Positions 19,209-28,648 of a DNA stretch of 64,000 nucleotides are shown in pieces. Position numbers and translations under genes: made by a program. The first letter of the stretch is position 1, and each line of letters opens with the position of its first letter. Under the pieces are notes generated by a model, which saw only the letters and a list, made by a program, of their open reading frames with translations, did not search any database and had not been told where the DNA came from. The DNA comes from an uncultured Gemmatimonadales bacterium (GTDB lineage: Bacteria; Gemmatimonadota; Gemmatimonadetes; Longimicrobiales; Longimicrobiaceae): assembly GCA_963716255.1 (NCBI GenBank), contig OY970303.1, positions 4,128,001 through 4,192,000 of the forward strand, read 5' to 3'.

Positions 19209-19987
19209 GCGGGGAAGACCGCGAGGTCGAGGCCAAGCTGATCGTGGTGTCGGAGCGCCCGCGCGAGGTGGTGCGGCGCCTGGCGGCGCTGGACGCGCTG
19301 GCCGGCCGGCGCCTGGAGGACCGCGGCGAGCTGCGGCTGCGCGACGTGTACTGGGACACGGAGGAGCGCGCGCTGCTCCGCGCCCGGTGCGCGCTGCGGC
19401 TGCGCCACGAGGGCGGCGGGGTGCGCGTCACCCTCAAGGCGGAGGGGCGCGAGGTGCGGCCGGGCACGGCCGACCGCATGGAGATCGAGCTCCCCTGGTC
19501 GCCGGAGGCGCTGGAGCGGGTGGCCGCCGCGCTGGAGGGGCTCGGGGTGCGCCTGCCCCGTCCGCCGGGTGCGGAGGGTGGAGCGGAGCGGGTGCTGGCG
19601 GCGATGGGGCTTCGCGTGGTGCAGGACCGGGTCACCCACCGCCGGGTGCGCGACGTGCTCCGCCCGGGACCGGCGGGGGGCGCGCCGCTCGCCGAGCTGG
19701 TGGTGGACTCGGTGGGGTACGGCGGCGGGACGCGCGAGGCGTGGCACCACGAGGTGGAGGTGGAGGCGCGCGGCGGCGAGGGCGAGCGGGTGCTGGAGGA
19801 GCTGGCCGGCGCCCTGGCGGCCCTGTTCCCCGGCGAGCTGCGCCCCTGGTCCCACAGCAAGCAGGCCACGGGCGCGGCGGTGGAGGCGCTGCTCGCGGGC
19901 GGGGATGCGGACGGGCTGGTGGGCGCGGAGGGCGACCTGGCGCCGGCCGCGTACGGGCGGATCGACGGGTACCTTGCGCGCGGGTGA
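19205..19987 (+). CDS. CYTH domain protein
   Basis: ExExK (EVEAK), DVYWDT, ALRLR, TLK, EVEVE and SK motifs. Confidence 0.82.
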   Translation: MSGEDREVEAKLIVVSERPREVVRRLAALDALAGRRLEDRGELRLRDVYWDTEERALLRARCALRLRHEGGGVRVTLKAEGREVRPGTADRMEIELPWSPEALERVAAALEGLGVRLPRPPGAEGGAERVLAAMGLRVVQDRVTHRRVRDVLRPGPAGGAPLAELVVDSVGYGGGTREAWHHEVEVEARGGEGERVLEELAGALAALFPGELRPWSHSKQATGAAVEALLAGGDADGLVGAEGDLAPAAYGRIDGYLARG

Positions 19988-20585
19988 GGCGGCGCTGCTC
20001 GCCGCGGGGCTCGCCGGCGCGGCCGTGCTGGTCGGGATGGGCCCCTTCCTGGACCGGCGCCGCCTCCCCGCCGCCCCCGCCGACGCGGCGCTGGTCTTCG
20101 GGGCGAGCACGGAGTGGAAGGCGCGCGCCCGCTGGGCCACCGCGGCGGAGCTGTACCACGCCGGCGTCGTGCGGCACGTGGTGGTCAGCGGCGGCGTCGT
20201 GGTGCCCGGGCTGGGGATCAGCGAGGCCGAGTGGCTGCGCCGCGGCCTGGTGGCGGCGGGGGTCCCCGGCGAGCGCATCCTGCTGGAGGAGCGCGCCACC
20301 CACACCGGCGAGAACGCCGCCTTCGCCCTGCCCATCCTCCGGGCGCACGGCTTCCGCTCCGTCGTGCTGGTCATGTCCGACTTCGAGGGGATCCGCGCGC
20401 ACCTCACCGCCCGGAAGGCGTGGCGCGGCTACCCGGTGCGCATCTACGACCGGCACGCGCCCTCCCCCGGGCACTGGGGCCGCCGGACGTGGTGGCTCAC
20501 CCGCGAGGGGCGCCGCTGGACGCGGTACACGGTCACGCGCCTGTTCCGCTACCGGCTCCTCCCCTACCTCTGGCTCCGCCCGTGA
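19974..20585 (+). CDS. YdcF/DUF218 (ElyC/SanA-like) family protein
   Basis: LVFG, VVSGG, SEA and ILLEERATHTGENA motifs; start uncertain (TTG 19974). Confidence 0.8.
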   Translation: MRAGEAALLAAGLAGAAVLVGMGPFLDRRRLPAAPADAALVFGASTEWKARARWATAAELYHAGVVRHVVVSGGVVVPGLGISEAEWLRRGLVAAGVPGERILLEERATHTGENAAFALPILRAHGFRSVVLVMSDFEGIRAHLTARKAWRGYPVRIYDRHAPSPGHWGRRTWWLTREGRRWTRYTVTRLFRYRLLPYLWLRP

Positions 20586-20673
20586 CGTGCCGGCGGACCG
20601 CCCGTCCGCTAGATTGCGTCCACCCGCCGGGCCGCCGGCGGACGGGTTCCGTTCTCCTCCCGCCCCGCGCCCT

Positions 20674-21213
20674 ATGCTCGCCGACCTCCTCGACCTGTTC
20701 GCCTACAACCGCTGGGCGACCGCGCGCACGCTGGACGCCGCGGAGCTGCTGACCGACGAGCAGCTCACGCGCGACCTGGGCGGCAGCTTCCCGTCCGTGC
20801 GCGACACGCTGGCCCACGTCATCGCCGCCGAGTGGATCTGGCTGTCGCGCTGGCAGGGGGATCCGCCGGGGACCGCGCCGGACCTGTCCGGCTGCACGGA
20901 GGCGCGGGCGCTGCGCGAGCGCTGGCAGGTGCTCGCGGGAGCGCAGTCCGCCTACCTCGCCGGGCTCACCGCGGCCGCGCTCCAGCACCCGGTCTCCATC
21001 ATCACGCGCACCGGCATCCACGCCGAGCTGCCGCTGCACGAGACGCTGCGGCACGTGGTCAACCACGCCACCTACCACCGCGGCCAGGTGGCCACGATGC
21101 TGCGCCGGCTGGGCGCGGATCCCGTGGCGACCGACCTGTTCCTGTACTACGCCGCCCGCCCCGCGGCGCCGGAAGCGGCGGACGAGCTGCCGGTCCCTCC
21201 GCGGGCCGGGTGA
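20674..21213 (+). CDS. DinB family protein
   Basis: YNRWA, SFPSVRDTLAH and HVVNHATYHRGQ motifs. Confidence 0.88.
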   Translation: MLADLLDLFAYNRWATARTLDAAELLTDEQLTRDLGGSFPSVRDTLAHVIAAEWIWLSRWQGDPPGTAPDLSGCTEARALRERWQVLAGAQSAYLAGLTAAALQHPVSIITRTGIHAELPLHETLRHVVNHATYHRGQVATMLRRLGADPVATDLFLYYAARPAAPEAADELPVPPRAG

Positions 21214-21220
21214 CGGGGCG

Positions 21221-21637
21221 ATGGAGCACGCTCCCGTCCTGACCGTCGTGGGCCACGTGGAGTCGCCGCTGGCGGACCCGGCGCTCGCCCCGAAGCAGGG
21301 GAGCGAGGGCGCCCCCGACGCGTGGCTGGTGTTCCGCCCCGCCTTCCGCGATGCCCTCGCCGACCTGCGCGAGGGCGACGAGGTGCTGGTCCTCACCTGG
21401 CTGCACCGCGCGGACCGCGCGGCGCTCCGCGTGCACCCCCGCGACGACCTGTCACGCGCCCCCCTGGGCGTGTTCAGCACGCGCTCCGCCGACCGCCCCA
21501 ACCCCATCGGCCTGCACCGGGCGCGGATCGTGGAGGTAGAGGACGGCCTACGGCTGCTCGTGCGCCCGCTGGAGGCGGTGCACGGCACGCCGGTCGTGGA
21601 CGTGAAGCCCGTGTTGCGCCCCGCGAGCGAGGAGTGA
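21221..21637 (+). CDS. trmO: tRNA (t6A37)-N6-methyltransferase TrmO/TsaA family
   Basis: APKQG, GVFSTRSADRPNPIG and GTPVVDVKP motifs. Confidence 0.87.
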   Translation: MEHAPVLTVVGHVESPLADPALAPKQGSEGAPDAWLVFRPAFRDALADLREGDEVLVLTWLHRADRAALRVHPRDDLSRAPLGVFSTRSADRPNPIGLHRARIVEVEDGLRLLVRPLEAVHGTPVVDVKPVLRPASEE

Positions 21638-21673
21638 TCGGAAGCCGTCGGTGCGGACGCCAGCGCGAGCCCC

Positions 21674-21816
21674 GCGTGAGGGATTCCGGCCCGGAGGGGC
21701 GAGACCCGGCGGCACCTCAGTTCAGAGGTGCTGGCCGGGGCTCGACTCCGTTGCAGACGGTCGTATCGTCTGCTACGGAGCCGAAGCCCGACCCCGGCGC
21801 AGCCGGGGGCACGCCC
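21674..21816 (+). repeat. Structured dispersed element, copy C
   Basis: Conserved core; P4 arm lengthened by a self-complementary insert gcacctc-agttca-gaggtgc. Confidence 0.95.
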
Positions 21817-21934
21817 GCACCTGCCGTCCAAAGCCGTTGCAGTTACGAATCTACCGTGACCACCAGACCGTAGAGCGTAAGTCGGGACCGGTCGCACTCC
21901 GCGCGGCTCCGCATCCACGTACGTCCATCGAGCC

Positions 21935-22756
21935 ATGGAACCCGTCCAGAGCACCCTCCCGTATCAGGTCGTCGAGACCATCACCCGCGGCGGCACCACC
22001 TTCGAACTGCTGGAGTACGGCCCGCTCGCCGGGAGCGAGCCGTTCACCGTGGCCGAGCGCGTGTTCACGCTCAACCGCGCGGGCGTGCGCCTGCGCCAGC
22101 TCCGCGTGCGTCTGACCGACGACGCCGTCCGCACCGAGCCCGGCGCACTCCAGTTCCTCAAGGGCCGCATCGAGATGGAAAGCAACACCGGCACCGGCGG
22201 CGGCCTGGGCGGGCTGATGAAGGGCGCGCTCGCCGCCGCACGCACCGGGGAAACACTCTTCAAGCCGCTCTACCGCGGCGCCGGCGAGCTGTACCTGGAG
22301 CCCACCTTCGGGCACTTCTGGATGATGCAGCTGGAGAACCAGACGCTCTTCGCCGACCAGGGCCTCTTCTTCTGCTGCGAGGACTCGGTGAAGGTGGAGG
22401 CGCACAAGGTGGAGAGCTTTTCGGCGCGCATGGCCGGCGGCGAGGGGCGCTACCAGACCAAGGTGAGCGGCACCGGCATGGTGGTGTTCCGCATCCCCGT
22501 GCCGCGCAGCGAGATCGTGGAGCTCGCCCTGCAGGACGAGACGCTCCAGGTCGACGGATCCTTCGCCCTCCTCCGCACCGGCGAGGTGAGGTTCAGCGTG
22601 GAAAAGGCGTCGTCCTCGTACGTGGGCGCCATCACCAGCGGCGAGGGGCTGCTCCAGACCTTCCGCGGCACCGGGTCCGTGTGGGTGGCGCCCACGCAGC
22701 CGCTGTACGAGAGCATGCGCACCGGGGTGGGGGCGTCTGCCGGGACGACCGCTTGA
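21935..22756 (+). CDS. AIM24 family protein
   Basis: EPGALQFLKG, TGETLFKP.Y.G.G, GGEG.YQ, VDGSFA and SGEGLLQTFRGTG motifs. Confidence 0.82.
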   Translation: MEPVQSTLPYQVVETITRGGTTFELLEYGPLAGSEPFTVAERVFTLNRAGVRLRQLRVRLTDDAVRTEPGALQFLKGRIEMESNTGTGGGLGGLMKGALAAARTGETLFKPLYRGAGELYLEPTFGHFWMMQLENQTLFADQGLFFCCEDSVKVEAHKVESFSARMAGGEGRYQTKVSGTGMVVFRIPVPRSEIVELALQDETLQVDGSFALLRTGEVRFSVEKASSSYVGAITSGEGLLQTFRGTGSVWVAPTQPLYESMRTGVGASAGTTA

Positions 22757-22778
22757 AGACTTGTGAAGGGCGGGACTT

Positions 22779-22907
22779 GGGCGTGCCCCCGGCTGGCGCC
22801 GGGGTCGGGCTTCGGCTCCGTAACGCAGCAAACAACGCTGCGTAACGGAGTCGAGCCCCGCGAAACTGCCCGCGGGTCTCGCCCCTTCGGGCCGAAATCC
22901 CTCACGC
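22779..22907 (-). repeat. Structured dispersed element, copy D
   Basis: Reverse-complement copy gggcgtgccccc...gaaatccctcacgc. Confidence 0.95.
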
Positions 22908-22954
22908 GGGGCGTCGCGCTGGCGTCCGCGGGGCCCCCACTCCGGCGCTGCGCG

Positions 22955-23094
22955 CCACCCCACCCCCGCGAGCGGGGGAGGGGACGACTGCACGGAGTCC
23001 AGCCGTTGCCCCCTCTCCCGGAATGGCGCTTCACGCTTCGCGTGAACCGGATGAAGGGAGAGGGTGGCGGCTCTGAGGCCGCCGGGTGAGGGCC
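22955..23094. repeat. REP-like palindrome cluster
   Basis: ccccgcgagcgggg; ccctctccc...gggagagggtggcggctctgaggccgccgggtgagggcc. Confidence 0.65.
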
Positions 23095-23211
23095 GCCGTT
23101 GCGGGCGGTTCCCTGTTCCCTAATTCTCTCGCGGCAAACGTCTTGCGGAACGGATGCCCCGGTGCGCCGAACGGCGCGCCGGGGCGCTCTCGTTCAACCG
23201 GACGCACGACC

Positions 23212-23502
23212 ATGTCGCGAGCCTTCGTGAAGGAAGACGCCGGGGAGCACGTGCCGCCGGGGCTGTTCGGGCTCCCGCCGCGGGACGATCCCGGCTTCGA
23301 CGCGGCGGCGGCGCGGGCGCTCATCGAGGCGGCGCGCGACGCCAACACGCCCAGCGCCGAGTCCGCCACCGGCTACCGCTGGGGCGAGCCGCGGCTGCAC
23401 CGGCACGTCAAGCGGCTGCTGAAGCAGGCCGAAGCGCTCCCCGAGGAGGAGAAGGACCTGCGCTACATCCGCGTGGCGCGGCGCTTCCTGGCCGTGGGGT
23501 AG
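23212..23502 (+). CDS. Hypothetical protein (96 aa) starting with MSRAFVKED
   Basis: Clean codon usage; N-terminal motif resembles that of some GreA/GreB-like proteins. Confidence 0.7.
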   Translation: MSRAFVKEDAGEHVPPGLFGLPPRDDPGFDAAAARALIEAARDANTPSAESATGYRWGEPRLHRHVKRLLKQAEALPEEEKDLRYIRVARRFLAVG

Positions 23503-23571
23503 GTGCCGGGTGCGTGGCGGGATAGATTCAGCCGCGGCCGGGAGCGGCGTGGGACAGAGGAACGAACGAGG

Positions 23572-24225
23572 ATGCAGATGGACGACGTGATCATCCCCCG
23601 CGAGGAAGTCGCGAGCGCGCTCACGCACGGGCTGGGGGCGCTCGCCAGCGTCGCGGGCGGCGCGGTGCTGGTGACGCTGGCGGCGGTCTTCGGCGACGCG
23701 TGGCAGGTGGTGGGCGCGTCCGTGTTCTGCGCGTCGCTGGTGCTGCTGTACACCGCGTCCACCCTGTACCACGCCGTGTGGCACCGGGTCGCCCGGCCGC
23801 GGCTCCAGGTGTTCGACCACTGCGCCATCTACGTGCTCATCGCCGGCACCTACACACCGTTCACGCTGGTGGGGCTGCGTGGCGGCTGGGGGTGGTCGCT
23901 GTTCGGCGTGGTGTGGGGGCTGGCCGCGGCGGGGGTGGTGTTCAAGCTGTTCTGCACCGGCCGGTTCCGGCGCCTCTCCACCTTCATCTACCTGGGGATG
24001 GGGTGGATGGCCGTGGTGGCGACCGGTCCCATGCTGAGCGCCGTTCCCGTTTCCGCGCTCCTCTGGCTGGTGGCCGGTGGGCTCAGCTACACGGCGGGCA
24101 CCTACTTCTACCTGAACCGCCGCATCCCCTACGCGCACGCCATCTGGCACCTGTTCGTGCTGGGCGGCAGCGTGTGCCACTTCGTCGCCGTCCTGTCGCA
24201 GGTGCTTCCGTCGTCCGCCAGTTGA
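23572..24225 (+). CDS. Hemolysin III / PAQR family membrane protein (TrhA/YqfA-like)
   Basis: EE.A...THG, STLYH, DHCAIYVLIAGTYTP and HAIWHLFV motifs. Confidence 0.92.
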   Translation: MQMDDVIIPREEVASALTHGLGALASVAGGAVLVTLAAVFGDAWQVVGASVFCASLVLLYTASTLYHAVWHRVARPRLQVFDHCAIYVLIAGTYTPFTLVGLRGGWGWSLFGVVWGLAAAGVVFKLFCTGRFRRLSTFIYLGMGWMAVVATGPMLSAVPVSALLWLVAGGLSYTAGTYFYLNRRIPYAHAIWHLFVLGGSVCHFVAVLSQVLPSSAS

Positions 24226-24236
24226 ACGGCGGATTT

Positions 24237-24364
24237 GGGCGTGCCCCCGGCTGCGCCGGGGTCGGGCTTCGGCTCCGTAACGCACGAAACTACCGTGCGT
24301 AACGGAGGCGAGCCCCCGCAAACTGCCGCGGGGTCTCGCCCCTTCGGGCCGTAATCCCTCACGC
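24237..24364 (-). repeat. Structured dispersed element, copy E
   Basis: Reverse-complement copy, 11 bp after the stop at 24225. Confidence 0.95.
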
Positions 24365-24375
24365 GGCATCACGGC

Positions 24376-24588
24376 TCAGTCCGCGGCCGCGCTGACGCGG
24401 ATCTCCTGGAGGATGCACGGCCGCTCGGCGGTGCCACACTCGTCGCGCCGCGCCGCGGTCTCCACGGCAACGGCTCCGGAGGCGGGCTGCGGCTCCGCCT
24501 TGGCGCCCAGGCCGCCGCCGCAGGCGGTGAGGGAAAGCGCGGCGAGGACAAGGGCGAGACCCGTGCGGGCGGTGCGATGCGAGGTCAT
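24376..24588 (-). CDS. Small hypothetical lipoprotein (70 aa)
   Basis: RBS AAGGAG; lipobox LTAC; C-terminal CGTAERPC motif. Confidence 0.6.
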   Translation of the reverse strand: MTSHRTARTGLALVLAALSLTACGGGLGAKAEPQPASGAVAVETAARRDECGTAERPCILQEIRVSAAAD

Positions 24589-24807
24589 GGTTCTGCTCCT
24601 TCAGGGTACGGTCGGGTGGTGGGGCGGGCGACTCCCGCCCTGCGCCGGACCGCCGGGTCTTCCGGCGTCCGGCTGCGGCCGTCCACAAAGCCAGAGCCGT
24701 ACCCGATTCGCGAAAATCGCAAGCGTTTTCATGGCAATGAATTGTATGAAGTGCGACTTTCGGCGGGGCCGCGGATCCGTCCGGTTGTGGGACGGGGCTC
24801 GCCGATT

Positions 24808-25632
24808 GTGAACAGGCGCGGCGCCGCGACGGCGCGGGGGGGCGTGCCCGCCGGACCGGGCTTCCTGGAGGCGGACGGGAAGCGGCTGGAGTACGCCTGG
24901 CACGGCCCGCCGCCGGACGCGGCGCCCACGCTGGTGTTCCTGCACGAGGGGCTGGGGTGCGTCTCGCTCTGGCGCGACATCCCGGAGCGCCTGGCCGAGG
25001 CCACCGGGTGCGGTGCCCTCGTCTACAGCCGCGCCGGCTACGGGCGCTCGGACCCGGTGCCGCTCCCCCGGCCCGTGCGCTTCATGCACGACGAGGGGCT
25101 GCGGGTGCTCCCGCAGGTGCTGGACGCGGCGGGGGTGCGCGACGCCGTCCTGGTGGGCCACAGCGACGGCGCCTCCATCGCCCTGGTCCACGCCGGGAGC
25201 GGGGCGGCCGGCCGGGTCCGCGCCCTGGTGCTGGAGGCGCCGCACGTGTTCGTGGAGGACGTGTCGGTGCGGAGCATCGCCGCCATGGGCGAGGCGTACC
25301 GCGGCACGGACCTGCGTGCGAAGCTGGCGCGCCACCACGGCGCCAACGTGGACTGCGCCTTCCACGGCTGGAACGGCGTGTGGCTGGACCCGGAGTTCCG
25401 CGCCTGGAGCATCGAGGAGTACCTGCCGCGCGTCGCCGTCCCCGTGCTGGTCGTCCAGGGCGAGGCGGACGAGTACGGCACTTCTGCGCAGGTGGAGGCG
25501 ATCCGTGGTCGGGCCGCGGGGCCCGTGGAGACAGTCCTCATGCCCGGGGTCGGCCACTCGCCGCACCGCGACGCGCCGGAAGCCACGCTGGGGGCCATGG
25601 CGCGGTTCGTGTCCGCCGCCCTGGGGAGCTGA
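24808..25632 (+). CDS. Alpha/beta hydrolase
   Basis: FLHEGLG, GYGRS, nucleophile GHSDG, QG..DEYG and GHSPH motifs. Confidence 0.9.
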   Translation: MNRRGAATARGGVPAGPGFLEADGKRLEYAWHGPPPDAAPTLVFLHEGLGCVSLWRDIPERLAEATGCGALVYSRAGYGRSDPVPLPRPVRFMHDEGLRVLPQVLDAAGVRDAVLVGHSDGASIALVHAGSGAAGRVRALVLEAPHVFVEDVSVRSIAAMGEAYRGTDLRAKLARHHGANVDCAFHGWNGVWLDPEFRAWSIEEYLPRVAVPVLVVQGEADEYGTSAQVEAIRGRAAGPVETVLMPGVGHSPHRDAPEATLGAMARFVSAALGS

Positions 25633-25774
25633 GCCGCCCGGGACGGTCCACCGCCGCCGGCCACCCGCCCCACCCGGACCCACAGCCGGAGTGATCCGAT
25701 GTACGACCCGCACGTCTCCGCGTCCGACCCGAAGCCCGGCCGCAGGACCGCTCCGGTCCCCGCCGGAGGCTGAC

Positions 25775-26653
25775 GTGCGCCCGGGGAGCACCACCCGCCG
25801 CGCCGTGGAGGAGGTGGCGCTCCAGGGCGGCGAGGCCGTGCGCCGCCGGCGCCGCGACACCCTCGCCACCGAGGAGCCGCTGGAGATCCGCGTCGCGCGG
25901 GCGGGCGAGGCGGCGCAGCGCGTTTCCGTCACCATGCGCACCCCGGGGTCGGACTTCGAGCTGGCCGCGGGGTTCCTGTTCACCGAGGGCGTCGTGCGAT
26001 CCGCGGGCGAGGTCGCCGGCATCCGCTACTGCGTGGACGCCGACGTGGACGGCGCGCAGCAGTACAACGTCGTCAGCGTCCACCTGGCCCCCGGCGCCCG
26101 CTTCGACCCCGAGCTGCTGCGCCGCAGCTTCTACACGACCTCCAGCTGCGGCGTCTGCGGCAAGGCCTCCATCCAGGCCGTCCGCGGCGACGCGTGCCCC
26201 GTGGCCGGTCCCGGCCCCGCGGTGGACGCGGCGACGCTGCTGTCGCTCCCCGCGCGCCTGCGGGGGGCGCAGGCGCTTTTCGAGCGCACGGGCGGGCTGC
26301 ACGCCGCCGCGCTCTTCACGGCCCGGGGGGAGTTGCTGCGCGCGCGGGAAGACGTGGGGCGCCACAACGCCATGGACAAGCTGGTGGGAGCAGGGCTCCT
26401 GGCGGGGGAACTTCCCTTCGCGGACCGGGTGCTACTCGTCAGCGGGCGCCTGAGCTTCGAGCTGGTGCAGAAGGCGGCGCGCGCGGGGGTCGCGGTGCTC
26501 GCGGGGGTCTCGGCGCCGTCCAGCCTGGCGGTGGAGCTCGCCGGGGAGACGGGGATGACGCTGGTGGGATTCCTGCGGGAGAGCCGCTTCAACGTGTACG
26601 CCGGCGGGGAGCGGATCATCGTCCCCGCGGCCCGGACGAACCGAGAGGGGTGA
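25775..26653 (+). CDS. fdhD: Formate dehydrogenase accessory sulfurtransferase
   Basis: EEPLEI, TMRTPG.D.ELAAGFL, SSCGVCG, TGGLHAA and REDVGRHNA.DK motifs. Confidence 0.94.
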   Translation: MRPGSTTRRAVEEVALQGGEAVRRRRRDTLATEEPLEIRVARAGEAAQRVSVTMRTPGSDFELAAGFLFTEGVVRSAGEVAGIRYCVDADVDGAQQYNVVSVHLAPGARFDPELLRRSFYTTSSCGVCGKASIQAVRGDACPVAGPGPAVDAATLLSLPARLRGAQALFERTGGLHAAALFTARGELLRAREDVGRHNAMDKLVGAGLLAGELPFADRVLLVSGRLSFELVQKAARAGVAVLAGVSAPSSLAVELAGETGMTLVGFLRESRFNVYAGGERIIVPAARTNREG

Positions 26654-26655
26654 AC

Positions 26656-27336
26656 ATGACGGCTCTGCTCGCGTGGATGGGAGTGGCGGGGATGGTGGTG
26701 GCCGCGTGCGCGTCGCAGCCGCCGCAGGCACAGCCGGCGGACGCGGACGCGGCCGCGCAGGCGGCGCCCTCCGGCGCCGCGGCGGCGCCGGACACGCTCC
26801 GGCGCCCGCCCGAGCGGCCCCTGGACGGCCGTCCCTGGGTGCCCAGGACGGACACCCTGCGGCTCCAGGGCGACGCCGCGCCCCCGGCGGCTCGGGCGCC
26901 CGCGGGGTCCGGCGAATGGATGGCGGGCGCCACGGAGGTGAAGCGCGGCGGGGGGACCACGCTCCGGGCGGTGCGGGCGGCGCGCAACGAGGGGTGGGAC
27001 CGCGTGGTGTTCGAGTTCGACGGCGCGGTGGTCCCCGGCTACCGCGTGGAGTACGTGGACCGGCCGGAGCACTGCGGCTCCGGCGACGCGGTGCAGGTGG
27101 CGGGGCGGGGGCGGCTGGAGGTGCGCATCACCCCGGCGCAGGCGCACACCGCGGCGGGCCAGCCCACCATGGCGCAGCGCCAGATCCGGCTCGCGCTCCC
27201 GGTGCTCAAGGAGATGAAGCAGACCTGCGACTTCGAGGCGGACGTCACCTGGGTGCTCGGCGTCGCGTCGCCCAACCGGTACCGGGTGTCGGAGCTGACC
27301 GGTCCGGCGCGGCTGGTGGTGGACGTGAAGCACTGA
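26656..27336 (+). CDS. Lipoprotein with AMIN-like domain
   Basis: Lipobox VAAC; DRVVFEF, PGY.VEYV, DFEA...W.LG and P.RLVVDV motifs. Confidence 0.75.
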   Translation: MTALLAWMGVAGMVVAACASQPPQAQPADADAAAQAAPSGAAAAPDTLRRPPERPLDGRPWVPRTDTLRLQGDAAPPAARAPAGSGEWMAGATEVKRGGGTTLRAVRAARNEGWDRVVFEFDGAVVPGYRVEYVDRPEHCGSGDAVQVAGRGRLEVRITPAQAHTAAGQPTMAQRQIRLALPVLKEMKQTCDFEADVTWVLGVASPNRYRVSELTGPARLVVDVKH

Positions 27337-27365
27337 CTTTTTCCGGCGGTTGAACTGCTGGGGTC

Positions 27366-27498
27366 GGGCATGACCCCGGCTGGCGCCGGGGTCGGGCTTC
27401 GGCTCCGTAACGCACGAAACAACCGTGCGTAACGGAGTCGAGACCCGGCGGAAACTGCCCCGCCGGGTCTCGCCCCTTCGGGCCGAAATCCCTCATGC
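27366..27498 (-). repeat. Structured dispersed element, copy F
   Basis: Terminal stem covaries: GCATGA...TCATGC instead of GCGTG...CACGC. Confidence 0.95.
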
Positions 27499-27659
27499 AA
27501 CGGCTCGCGAAGGCGCCCGACTGTTCCTGGTCGGGCGCCTTCGCGTCTGCGGCGTCCGCGAGGCGGCGTCCGCGAAACGCGGCGGGCGCGGGCCGCGTAG
27601 GGAGGCCAGGCAGGGCGCCGTCCGGCGCCGTGCGCGAACCCCGCACCCGGGTGGCCTCC

Positions 27660-27938
27660 ATGCCGTGTCTGGTCGTCCTCCTCGCGCTCCTCGTCCCCCG
27701 CGGGCTCATCCTGGGCCTCTGGTTCCTCACCGACTGGTTCCGGGGGATGTTCGACGGGCTGCTCTGGCCGGTGCTCGGCTTCGTCTTCCTTCCCACCACG
27801 CTGCTCTGGTATTCGGGCGTGCAGCACTGGTTCGGCGGGGAGTGGGGGCCGGCGGCGGTGGTCGGGCTGGTGATCGCGCTGCTCGTGGACACCTCGCCCG
27901 CGCGCGGGAAGCGCAGCCGCGGGCGCGCCAGGGACTGA
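27660..27938 (+). CDS. Small hypothetical membrane protein
   Basis: MPCL...PR and WPVLGFVFLPTTLL motifs; 2-3 TM segments. Confidence 0.75.
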   Translation: MPCLVVLLALLVPRGLILGLWFLTDWFRGMFDGLLWPVLGFVFLPTTLLWYSGVQHWFGGEWGPAAVVGLVIALLVDTSPARGKRSRGRARD

Positions 27939-28042
27939 GCCCGGGACACGGTGGGGCGCGGACGGGCTTGCGGGGGCGGGGCGGCGGAGGTTGAATTGCG
28001 GGGGTCGCCCGTGCCGGCCTCCACCTCCCGCCTCCGCCTCCC

Positions 28043-28621
28043 ATGCAAGCCCTCTGGAACGACCTCCTGGTCTCCGACGTCCCGCTGCTGGAAAAGGCGG
28101 TCCGCACCCTCGCCGTGTACCTGTTCCTCCTGGTGGGGCTGCGGCTGGCCGGCAAGCGGGAGCTGGGGCAGCTCAACCCGCTCGACCTGGTGGTCCTGCT
28201 CATGCTGTCCAACACCGTGCAGAACGCCATCATCGGCCCCGACGACTCGCTCACCGGCGGGATGTTCGGGGCCGTGGTGCTCCTGGTGGCGGACTACGCC
28301 GCGCTCCGCTTCCTGTACCGCCACCCGCGCATGGAGCGCGTGCTGGAGGGCGACCCCGAGCTGCTGATCGACGGCGGCGTGGTGATCGACCGGGCGCTGG
28401 ACCACAACCTCATCACCCGGGCCGAGCTGGAGTCCGCCGCGCGGAGGCAGGGCATCGAGGAGCTGGGCGAGGTGCTGCGCTGCCGGCTGGAGGTGGGCGG
28501 CGCGCTCACCTTCGTGCCGCGCGAGCCCACCCCCGACGAGCGGCGCCACGCCGAGCTGGTGGCCCGCCTCGACGCCCTGGAGCGGCAGCTGGCCCGGGTG
28601 GCCGGGGCCGGCGGCGCGTAG
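28043..28621 (+). CDS. DUF421 (YetF) family membrane protein
   Basis: LRLAGKRELGQLNPLDLVV, SNTVQNA and EGDPELLIDGG motifs. Confidence 0.88.
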   Translation: MQALWNDLLVSDVPLLEKAVRTLAVYLFLLVGLRLAGKRELGQLNPLDLVVLLMLSNTVQNAIIGPDDSLTGGMFGAVVLLVADYAALRFLYRHPRMERVLEGDPELLIDGGVVIDRALDHNLITRAELESAARRQGIEELGEVLRCRLEVGGALTFVPREPTPDERRHAELVARLDALERQLARVAGAGGA

Positions 28622-28648
28622 CGCTCCGCCCGGTCCCGGCCGCGTAGC

